The position numbers and the translations under genes were made by a program. Below are positions 13,301-25,300 of a stretch of 64,000 bases of DNA, piece by piece; position 1 is the stretch's first letter; each line of letters starts with the position of its first letter. The notes under the pieces are model-generated. The model did no database searches and was not told the DNA's origin. It saw nothing but the letters and a program-made list of their open reading frames with translations. Origin of the DNA: Malacoraja senta (lineage: Eukaryota); assembly GCA_038087875.1 (NCBI GenBank), contig CM075993.1, positions 1,178,001 to 1,242,000 on the forward strand, written 5' to 3'.

Positions 13301-16300
13301 AAACGGATATGAGCTGCTGGAAGAGCTGGTACGTTTCACTCATCAGCAAGCCTGTACGTTTCCATCTTTGGTAACTGAGTTGAAAGGAGGGAAGCTGTTT
13401 GCCAACTCAAAAATAACAGTGTGTTCATCATCCGTGTGTTCATCATCCGTGTGTGAATCATTTGTGTGTGAATCATCCGTGTGTGAATCATTTGTGTGTG
13501 AATCATTTGCAGCTTTACTGCCACAACTTACACTGTTCCACTGACTGGCTACAGATTCAAATCAGCACCCAGTTAGTGGTGTAGAAATGGGATGCCCGTC
13601 AGAGGTAAAGAAAGGAGGGGGGGTAGAGAAACAAGAGTACTGAGCTACAAATACTTCCACCAGTGGGAGAATCTAGGACCAGAGGTCATAGCCTCAGAAT
13701 TAAAGGACATTCCTTTAGGAAGATGAGGATGAATTTCTTTAGTCAGAGGGTGGTGGAAATTATTGTCACAGAACGCTGTGGAGGCCAAGTCAATAGATAC
13801 TTTTAAGGACGAGATGGAATCTTGATTGGTACGGGTGACAGGGGCTATGGGGAGATGGCAGGAAAATTGGGTTGAGAGGTACAGCAGGCAGGTACAGCAG
13901 GCAGTGAAGAAAGCTAATGGCATGTTGGCCTTCATAACAAGAGGAGTTGAGTATAGGAGCAAAGAGATCCTTCTGCAGTTGTACAGGGCCCTGGTGTGAG
14001 CACACCTGGAGTATTGTGTGCAGTTTTGGTATCCAAATTTGAGGAAGGACATTCTTGCTATTGAGGGAGTGCAGCATTGGTGTACGAGGTTAAATCCCGG
14101 TATGGCGGGACTGTCACATGTTGAAAGAATAGAGCAGCTTGGCATGTATACACTGGAATTTAGAAGGATGAGAGGGAATCTTATTGAAACATATAAGATT
14201 AGTAAGGGATTGGACACACTAGCGGCAGGAAACATGTTCCTGATGTTGGGGGAGTCCAGACCGCGGGACTGGGCTAGTCGAACCTCCTGCGACTTTGGAG
14301 TTTCCCGACATCAGTCTCTACCCGAGACTGCGAGCTCCTCGATGTTGAAATCCGCAGGCCACGGTTTGAGCGTCGATTCCAGGCAAGGGATCGCAGGCTC
14401 CGATGGTAAGTCCACGGCCCCGCGGTGGGGCTCAAAGTCAGTCTCTAGCAAGGCCTCCAGCTCCATGATGTTAGGCCGCAGAGCGACCGGAGATACGATC
14501 CGGAAAACAACCCGATTTCCGGCAAGGTAAGAGATTGAGGAAAAAGTTTCCTCTGACCCCCTCTCCCACATAAAACAAACCAGAGAACATTAACACATAC
14601 TTTTAAAACACACTGAAAATAACAAAAAAGACGAAAAGACAGACAGACTGTTGGTGAGGCTGCCATCGCTGACAGTGCCACCCAGTGGAATATGTGGATG
14701 ATCAGCCATGATCATAGTGAATGGCGGTGCTGGCTTGAAGGGCCGAATTGGCTACTCCTGCACCTATTGTCTATTGAATGACCTAATTCTGCTCCAATCA
14801 TTTATGAAATTCAGAAGACTCATCTGATACTTTAACGATTTCTCACAACAGTCATTTTAGCAAATCAAAACTCTCTGTGCACAAACATAATTTACAATGT
14901 CATTGTGATCATCATGCATAGGCCAAGATAAACAGCACACATCAGTAACATCAGTACACATTCTCACCTTTGGCAAAACTGGTTTGGCTTTTGTGTTCTT
15001 ACTCCTCCTAGTAAAAGAACAAAAGGGGTTGCAATCAGCACACAACGATTTGCTACTGTGGTCAGACATCATCAGTGATATTAAAACAACCATCACACTG
15101 GGTTTCTTCACACTTGTTAGGATGGTCATAATAAAACTATTTGGACCAAACACATCTGAATATATTGACATCAGAAAGATTTCCCGAGTTTGAGGGGTAA
15201 AACAGGTGAATGCACAAACTGCACTATGGCCAATGGAAGTTCTTACATAGTTAGTATCAATCCCTTTTGGATTAATGTCCAAAATTGTTTTGTTTACATA
15301 AATAATACATTCACAAGAAATGTTAGCAACTTGAATGCAGTGTTTTTCTCAGGATAAGGGAATCAAGAACTAGAGGCCAGAGGATTAAGGTGGGTGAGAG
15401 GGAAAGGATTTAACAACAACCTGAGGGATATTTTCACACAGAGGGTGGTGGATATATGGAACAAGCTTAGAGTAAGTAGTTGAGGCAGGTACAATAATAA
15501 CATATAAAATACATTGGACAGGTACATGGATGGGAAAGGTTTGGAGGGATATAGGCCAAACACAGGCAAATGGGATGAGCTTAGATGGGACATCTTGGTC
15601 AGTATAGATGAGTTGGACTGGACACTGGAGGACCCATTTCTGTGCTGTACAACTCTATGACTCTACATTTGGATTTAGTCACCTCATGTACATGCTTCAA
15701 GGATTCCCCATTTTTCATCATTGGGGCATCATTTAGTTTCTGACTTAGACATGCAATGACTTCCACACATCTCCTCAGAAATATGATACACGGAAGGCAT
15801 AGCAAAGAGAGGCCCTGTATGATTTCTTGATAGTCTCACAACCAAAAAAGTAATAATGCATACTGACAATGTGGAGGAGCCCTGCCAAATGGAGTCTGAA
15901 TCCATGATGTAATGCATCAGATCTACAGTAATACAGCCTTCCTGAAAACCTCAGGCTATTGCTAATATTTGACTATTGCTAAATCTATCTCTCCAACGTT
16001 ACTTTCCATTTCCCATTCCTGAAGGCTGCAACTTTTGCTTTCCTACATTTCCACAGGCATTGATCTCCACCATGTGGATACTATTTATGAGACCTTGTTT
16101 TGTATTGGCAAGGTTTTCAGTTATAAAACGCAGAACATCACGCACTTTCTAACTGCTTAGAAGCAGGATGCGTTTTTTTTCTCCCTGTCTCCTTGATCTG
16201 GAGATATCAAATTGCAGTATGTCACAGCAATTCTTGATTAAATTAAAAATAGCAAGCATTTATTTGATGCAGCAGTCAAGTCATACAAAAAGACATTTCA

Positions 16301-19300
16301 TATACATTCATGGTTAAAAGAGAGCCTGCAAAGTAGACGTGGAAATCAGATTAAGAGGAGGTTCTTTGTCTCTTCGAACCTGTTCCATCATTCATCAACT
16401 TCATGGCTAATCCTCTATCTCAGCCTCTTTTCCTGCACTCGCACCAGATCCCCGTTTCATGAATGTCCAGAGATCTATTAGTCTCAGTTCTGCCTGAATT
16501 AAATAAGCCTCGACAGATGCAGAATGGAGAATTCCTAAGATTTATGTAGACATATGGAAGGCTCCCGACCCAAAACATTGCCTATCCATATTCTCCTAAG
16601 ATACTGCCTGGCCCGCTGAGTTACTCCAGCACTTTGTGGCTTTTTTCCTAAGTTACATCATCCTGTGACTGAAGAGGCTTTTCCTTATGTCAGTCCTTGA
16701 TGGCCTATCCCTTCTTCTCACACTGTGAGCACTAGTTCTGGGCTCCTCAGCCAGGGAAAACAATCTGCTTGCATCCAGACCTGTAAGTTTCAGACATTAT
16801 CGTTCATTCTTCAAAACTCGAGAGAGAATACAGGTTTTGATTAATCAATTTATTCCCATACACCAAACACACCAGGAACCTGACCAGTGATTTTTTTGCT
16901 GAGCCTCTATGGTAAGTTTTTTTTTCCTCTCTAAAAAGCAAAGTGCTGGAGAAACTCAGCAAGTCAGGCAGCATCTGTGGAGGGAAATAGACAGATGCTG
17001 TTTTGGGTTGGATCCTTCTGCAGACTCCTGGTGTGGTCTCACCAAGGTTCTGCATTATTGCAGTAAAACAGATGCAGGTAAGTCTCGATCCAAAAATTAT
17101 TTGCACTTTTAAGATGGATACAGAACTGTATACTTACATTAGAATACCGTGAGCTCTTTCCAAAAGCTTAGTGCTGGCAGAACTTAGAAAAATGCCTTCA
17201 TCGTCAATCAAGGAATGGCTAGGGTTGAGCCTTGTACTCTGGACACTTGTTCTTCCATTCCAGCTTATGCCCTGTAGGTCACTGTGCAAAACAAAGAGAA
17301 AAACATCAGTGGTAAAAATACAAATAAAGCCCACCTTTTCCCAGATCCAACACAAAAAAAAAGGAAATAACAGCAGGCTCATCAACATCAGAAAGACCAA
17401 AAGTAATTAATGTTGACGCATCACCCTTTTAGACTGGCTTCCGATTTCAATAAGGGTCTGTTAAATTTTTATTGAAACAATGAATTTAGGAATATGTCAC
17501 AATATTCTTATGAAATTGCATTGTGAACTGTTAGCTATGCTTTTCCCCCCAAAGATACTGCCGACCTGCCACGTTTTCCCAAACTCTTCAGGTTTTATTT
17601 GTTTTAATCTGTTCATCTATTTTCTTGAATGTAAGATTATGATTACCGCATTTCCGTGGATAAGATATAAAAAAGCAGAGACTTAATCACTACTGATCCA
17701 GCCTCTGCAGACTTTAATAATCGTCCTCTCTCTGCCTTTGTCACCTATTCCTCAGGAAAAACTCAAATTCAAATTGAAATAATTCTGCAATCATTCTCAT
17801 TGTAATAAATGTAATGACTTGAACACACAGACATACTGAGGCAGTGGCAATGCCATACCAAAACCCATTAATGTTTTGACCTGTTAAATGAAACTGGAAG
17901 ATGTAAAATTGAGTCGGTCAAGTACATGTATTTAAATGCGATTCTTTCCAACCTTAGCAAAAATATAAAAAACAGTGTTCTATGATAACCTTTAGCATTC
18001 TCAGTTTAACAATGAAAATCTGAAATCAATAGAACAAAAAATATGAAATGCAAATGCTGAAAATACTCAACACTTTAACATGAAGAATAACAGAGATACC
18101 GTGTGACAAAAGGATTTAAATCTTGTAGTTCTTAAACCAGGTTCGATCAGATTTTGTCTAGTTTTAATTTTAGAGATTCATCTTGGTGTAACCTCTCACC
18201 CTTTCTTCACTGTCTGCATCTCCAACTTTTGTGTCAACTGCAAATTACTAATCAACTGATCCACACTTTCATCCAAATCACTTACATATATCACAAACAA
18301 CTGAGGTCCCAGTACTGATCCCTGTAGGGATTTGTAACTGTGGAGTTTAAGATGCACGGGGTGGGTAGGGATGATAATTTGAACATGAAAGAGAATTTCT
18401 TAATTTTAGAAGTCCCATAGGTGATGGAAGTAATTAGTCTGCTGAACAAGAGTGAACAACTCTAATTTAAATATAGGGCAACAAAATAAATCACTTCCTG
18501 GTACGTGCAGATTTCATTCTTAATATTTAGACAAATTGAAAGGTTTATTCACAACTACAATAACTGGGAGTAGTGAACCCAAGATTTTTTTATTATTCTG
18601 CTGGCAATCCCATATGTTCCGAATGAAGTCACACAGGAAGCAGCTGTATGATTAATAAGGTTACTAAGCAACTAAAAGGATGCACAATAAATCACAAGTG
18701 TATGTCTTCACCAAAGCAATTATGAAGACATTTCAGAAATGAGTTAGCAATGCAGTGAGATCAGTTTACACTTTTGCAATCTATCTCCATGTTAATTTAA
18801 CAGCCTCTCGCCATTCGCAAACACCCAGAATATGCACCATCATAAGAACTCAATTCACATAATTTCTGATTTTGTTACAATCAAATTTCCCAGATGGTCA
18901 CTGCAGGCTGAACTTCATAGCTCAAGATTTGCTTAAAGTTCTCGCCAAAAAATGGACATGAACAGTATTGTTATAACTGGGTTAGTCCTGGTGAAATTAA
19001 ATGGAAGTTATGAAATATTAAAGTTATTGATTCAAAAATAGGTCCATATTAAAACTGTCAAGTGCATCACTGAATAAGACCAATCACGCCAGCTTCCTGA
19101 ACACTTGACCTCTGATCTCTCATGCTGATAGAAAAGCCCTCTCTGCAGACCATACTTGCAAGAAATGCAGACATTCCAGTGCTGAGAATAGCATACATGC
19201 TCAACTGCTCACATAAAGAGCAACAAAGGTGAGGTTCACTTTGTGTTGTGACCCCAAGCCGGGATAGCAGGAACTAGGCTTGTTGCCCCTGGTTGTGAGA

Positions 19301-22300
19301 AAAGATGGAAACAAATAGATTAACGCAATGCTGTTGTGTAGGAAGGAACTGCAGATGCTGGTTTACATCGAAGATAGATACAAAATGCTGGAGTAACTCA
19401 GCAGGACAGGCAGCATCTCTGGATAGAAGGAATGGGTGACGTTTTGGGTCGAGACCCTTATTCAGACTGAGAGTCAGGGGAGAGGGAGGCACAGAGATAA
19501 GAAAGGGTTTGTGAAAACGAGACATCAAAGGGGACGAAGTTCAAGGAAAATGAAGAATAGATCATTGTTAGCTAGGAGAAGGTGACAACGAAGCATACAG
19601 AGATAAATGTTAATCAAGGGGACACAGATGGGTCAGAGAACTAGAAAGGGGGAGGAATGGAGAGAGAGGGAAAGCCTGGGTTACTTGAAGTTAGAGAAGT
19701 CAATATTCATACCGGTGGGTGCAAGGTGCCCAAGCAAAATATGAGGTGCTGTTCCTCCAATTTGCGCTGGGCCTCACTCTGACAGTGGAAGGGGCCTAGG
19801 GCAGAAAGGTCAGTGTGGGAATGGGAGGAGGAGTTAAAGTGTTTAGCAACCAGGAGATCAGGTAGGTTTAGGCAGATTGAGTGTCTTCCTCTCCCGACTC
19901 AATCTGAAGAAGGGTCTCGACCAGAAACGTCACCCATTCCTTCTATCCAGATATATACTGAGTTACTCCAGCATTTTGTGTCTAACACAATGCTCTTGAT
20001 TTGTGACTTGTTATGGAAGGTGCAAATTATTTGCTCATTATTCTTTTGTCAATAGCTTTATTAGGCAACATGAGGCAGATTAACACTTCAATTATAGGAA
20101 GCTAGATTTTACAGTACCTGCATCCAAAGTAACAAAATATTTTGTGTAAAAATGTTTTTAAGACAGCCTCTCTTGGCTGGGATGTCACCAATTACCCAAT
20201 AGCCTGTTAATGCTCAAGGTTTAATACCCCACAAGTATGATGATGTCAAAACACAATTTCCAAATTTGCAGATGACATAAAACTTGGCAGCACTGAGAAC
20301 TGTGAGGATAGAGATACCAACAGACAAACATATGGCAGAGGAAATATAATGCGGAGAAATGAGGTAATGCAGTTTGAGAGGAAGAATAGAGAAAAAATGG
20401 TCTCCTCCTGTGCCGTAAGTGTTCTACGATTCTATGAACTCACGGTTCAGCACAAGTCACTGTGTTTTGGGTAGTGTGGCAACGGGGATATACCGTGGTA
20501 CAGAATAAGCCATTATTTTCTTAAAAGAATTGATGGGAATAAATGAATATTCTCTTTAGAGCAGCAGACTATAGGAGGGCTAACAAGTAAGGCAACCAGA
20601 GATTCCCAGGCCTGAACCAAATCTCAGGTCTGACTTTGGCTCACAGTCAAAGCTCAACTTGAGCCAATTAAAAGAGGGAAGTGTGAGAAAAATGATGCTC
20701 AACACACAAATAGCCAATAAATAGTGTCACATTTTTAAATTCAAACAATTCTAATGAATATTGATTTTGGGGCTTAAACTTCAATCTAATACACAAACTC
20801 ACTGCTTTGAACTATGCTCTCCTCTCATTTCATTCATCTTTTCCAGACTATCTATGGTTAATAAGCATTTACCATCACCTCATAATCACTCGATCGTCAC
20901 TCTATAGGCATTCCCTTTGCTCCATCCACCCTTGCTGCTTCTCTGCAAGTTCAACCAGCTGCAATTTCTAACTTATCTCCTCTGGTGAAAGGACATCAAT
21001 GCAACATCTGAGATATTTTTCACTCCAAAGATACTGCCTGACTCACTAAATATTTGTCGCATTCTCTACGTTTATTAACATCCTAGATTTTAGTGAGAAA
21101 GCATTAATTTTCCCCTGAAGAGTTTGGTAAGACAGTAGTACTTGCAAGTTCCTAAGTTCATGAAATGGCCACACATTTGTAACGCGCCTCATGATCTTGC
21201 TTCATGATTTTTAATGAGTGCCAGTCAGAGAAAATATGCTAAACCCTTTCCTTTTCAAGAATTCCTGCTGTGATATATACTTTATGAAGAATATCAAAGT
21301 AAAATGGAATCACTCCCACCATATGTCATAGAAACTGAAAAATAATTCGCTTGCCAAGGCACAGTTCAAATCTAATGAATAAATCAGTCACATATTTGCT
21401 AAGTATCTCTCAGAATATTTTGAAATATGTTTAGAAGAATGAACAGTATTATCGTGAACTTCATATTCACAGATATTATTACACAAAATAAACACAAGTA
21501 TTGCCAAACTCATAATCCACTCTCAGTTTGTGTAACAAACATAGCTCATAACTTTTAAAAAATAACAAGCCTCATAAAAGGAAATCCCTAAACTTTATTA
21601 CGAGCTGCAATCCAAATCAGCATTTTTTTCCAAGACTCTTAACAGATGCAATGCACATTTCCAGCATTTCCTGCTTTTATCATCTAGCATTAATAGAATT
21701 CAGATGTGTACACAATGTACAGTGTACAAATAGTGAAAGGTTTGGATAGAGTGGATGTGGAGAGGATGTTTCCATTAGTGGGAGAGTCTAGGACCAGAAG
21801 TTGTAGCCTCAGAATTAAAGGATTGTGGCGGCAGCCTATACACGGGCCACTTATGCTCGAACCCTCGTCAGGAAGTACGAGGGCGGGCACGTGACGTCAT
21901 GGGCTAGAGGGAGTGTCCTGGTACTTAAGGTCATCTCACCTCGAGACCACCAGGTGTTCAACTGAGGGAACAACCTCGCTCAGCTACAGCAACACTGTTA
22001 ATCACGTCGGGGTCACCAATGTAGTGCGTGGGTCTCAGAATGAAGCACGAAGTCGTGTTTTGAAAGGCACTTTTTTATTATGTTCCTCCCAGTTCTAGGG
22101 CAGACCAAACGAGACATTGGTGACCCCCGACGCTCCATTGGCGTCATGATGGAGAGAAGACAAAGCCCTACCTCCTCACAGGCTGGCCCGGCCCTGTCTC
22201 TGGACGCGGTCTCCGTAAAACTGCCCAACTTCTGGACCACCCGGCCGCTCATCTGGTTCCAGCAGGCGGAGGCCCAGTTCAACCTGCGGGGCATCACGGT

Positions 22301-25300
22301 CGATGCCACCCGCTTCTATTACCTGGTGGGAGCCCTCGACCAGGATGCGGTTGAAGAGGTCACGGACTTCCTCGCAGACCCCCCGAACGATGATAAATAC
22401 CTCGGCCTGAAAGAGCTCCTGCTCCAGATTTACGGACTGAGTAGGATGGAGCGGGCAAGTAGGATCCTGCATATGGGGGGCCTGGGCGACCGACGGCCAT
22501 CTACCCTCCTAAAGGAGATGGTGGCGCTACTAGACGGGCACACGCCATGCCTGTTGTTCGAGTACACCTACCTGCATCTGCTGCCGGTCTACATTCGGTT
22601 GCAACTCACCGACGTCTCGTTTGGTCTTCCCTAGAACTGGGAGGAACATAATAAAAAGTGCCTCTCAAAACACAACTTCGTGCTTCATTCTGAGACCCAC
22701 GCACTACAGGATGTTCCTTTAGGAAGGAGATGAGGAGGAATGTCTTTAGTCAGAGGGTGGTGAATCTGTGAAATTCTTTGCCACAGAAGGCCATGGAGGA
22801 CTAGTCAATGGATATTTTTAAGGCAGAGATAGATAGATTCTTGATTAGTACGGGTGTCAATGGTTATGGGAAGAAGGCAGGAGAATGGGGTTAAGAGGGA
22901 GATATAGATCAGCCATGATTGAATGGTGGCGTACACTTGATGGGCCGAATAGCATAATTCTGCTCCTATCACTTATGAACTTATGACCGCCGCATACATG
23001 AAACACTATTGTAGTTTTTAATTCAATTCTGATTCAGGCAGAGCATAAACAAACACCAAGCTCTTTTTATTTGACTCCTTAATACAGAATTCCTGTTGCC
23101 TAACCCACTTCTTAAAGCATAAATACTTCTCATTTCAAATATCATTTTATTTTTCACTTAGTTATGAATTTTGAATTCACCAAGATGAAGAACATTCATG
23201 TGTAGGAAGGAACTGCAGATGCTGGTTTAAACCGAAGATAGATACAAAATGCCGGAGTAACTCAGCAGGACAGGCAGCTTGTTTAGGGAGAAGGAATGGG
23301 TGACGTTTCGGGTTGAGACCCTTCGTCAGACTGAAAGTCACGGGAGAGGGAAACGAAAGATTTAGACGATGATGTGGAGACACAGCAAAAATTGGGAGCA
23401 GCGAGAGAGGGTATATCTCTCAACATCATCATCCATATCTCTCGTTTCTTTTTCCCGTGACTTTCAGTCTGAAGAACAGTCTCGACCCGAAATGTCACCC
23501 ATTCCTTCGCTCCACTGTTTTGTTAAATTTTATCTCTCATATTCAGTGATGGAAATTCATAGTAATTTGCGTCTGCAAAACTTGGATTTAAAAGATGACA
23601 AATAACTTCAATTTATTAGCATCAAAATCACCATCGTTGACTTAAGTAAATGAAGAAATCTATTCCTACCGTGAGGGTTTGTCGTTGATGGTATTTGCTC
23701 CCTGCAAATTAGACAACGGTGTCCTGGGGCTTTTTCTTGTAATACCTAATACAAAAACAAGTGCTAAAATGGTAATTAATCAGATGGAGATGAACAGCAG
23801 CAAAATGAAGCATGCATCCGTTACAGCATGCTGCAGGCATATGAGCAGTGACAACCTGAATATTCCTTGACAGCAGATACAATGCAGAAACAGGTACAAT
23901 ACACACAAGATACGTCTGAGGAACGGGGAATAGTTGCAACAAGCACTTACTTCATAAACAAAGCAAAAAGAAAGCTGGTAAATTATATTCTGGTCTTAAG
24001 TTCTGCTCCTTTATACTCCATAACAATGCAAGATTTTAATTTTAAGAAAAGGTAAAATCACAGCCAAGATTTTCAGTGCCTAACCCTTAGAAAGCACAGG
24101 ATTGAGGCACGGAAGTAAACATGTATCACGTACAAAATAAAACAATGGTCAATGAGGTTACAAGACCAGAAGCAAAGACAATAGCAAAAATGTTTAGGAA
24201 GGATCACGGGACCACCATTGAAGAGTTGCTCCAATGGAAGCAAGGATTCCAGTATATAGCAGGAAGTGTTTTTAATCACATTCTCTGCCCAATTCGTCTC
24301 AAATTAAATTTGCGTGTCCTCTAAGTCCCATGAGATAGATGAGTATAATAGCTCTGAAGTGGTTGTCAGAGGAAAGCATGTTGCACATGTAAATGACCAA
24401 GCCCAAAGCAACTTGGAGAACAAAGAAAACTCATTATACTTGACCAAAAATTATGGTGATCATTTTAACAAAGTGCTTTAATATACACATGTTACTTGAT
24501 GTCTTGAACTTGGGTGTTAGAAGAAAAAATGGTTCTGATGTCCATTAAGCAGCAAGGCATACACAAAGGGCCTACCTTGCTTTCAGCCTCACTTGCATTC
24601 AAATTCATGACTTCTGGACAAACTTTTAAGAAACAAGTTTTAATTTAGTGGTAGAAAAATTCAATGAGGGTCAATCCCTCCCCATGGATGAATACATAGC
24701 CACCTATTATCAACATGATAATGAATATAATTCATCCCTTCCCACTGGTAAAGGAAAGAATATCACTACTCTCTGAAAAAATCCTCTGATCCTAAAGTAG
24801 TGGAATTCACTCAGCTGACAAATGGAAAAAAATTAACTTTCAAATTCTCTAGATTTTTCTTTTACAAATTTTGTTTCTTGGCATTAATTAGAAAAAATAC
24901 TTCCTGCATAAAAAACATCCCATATAAAAACACAAGATGACTTATTAGCACAAGCATTAATGAGATTGTTGGTTAAAAGCTCACAAAGTAATGTGGTTCC
25001 CTCACTTCACCTTTTGCATGAATCCCACATTGTTTTTAAGTTTAGGACAGATTAATCTTTAGTCAAAACACTACATTTGTATAAATGATTCCCTACTGCT
25101 CTAATTTATTATTTGTGGAGATTAATCATTTGAACTTTCAGTGAAACTTATCCCAAAGCAAAATTTCTAGACCTGAACCCACCAGTAAGGAAGGTGGCAT
25201 TGTATTTTCAAGCTCAACCTTCTAAAATACACAAACATCTGATCACCTTAGTCAACAAATAAACTATACAAGGAAAGATGTCTGACAGTAAAAGTGCTAG

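Larger units (their letters stand above)
21824..22708 (+). mobile_element. Rearranged Gypsy-type LTR retrotransposon remnant (probably CsRn1/Kabuki-like), inserted into a CR1 3' end
   Basis: TGT...ACA termini; 4-bp TSD GGAT (21820-21823, 22709-22712); tRNA-Trp PBS; gag N-terminal ORF; the interrupted CR1 rejoins as AGAATTAAAGGAT|GTTCCTTTAGG. Confidence 0.88.
21730..22985 (+). mobile_element. CR1 LINE 3' end (host of the Gypsy insertion)
   Basis: [21 protein letters not shown] frame and typical CR1 3' UTR (GATCAGCCATGATTGAATGG...GGGCCGAAT). Confidence 0.85.

Noticed and set aside
13336-13524. ORF with [10 protein letters not shown] repeats
   Set aside because: Translation of the minisatellite; no splice context.
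22001-22018. tRNA-Trp gene
   Set aside because: Only the 3' 18-19 nt including CCA are present; this is a primer copy, not a tRNA gene.
24576-24623. Possible minus-strand cassette exon ending AAG|gtaggc
   Set aside because: Phase incompatible with the flanking exons; no homology recognised.
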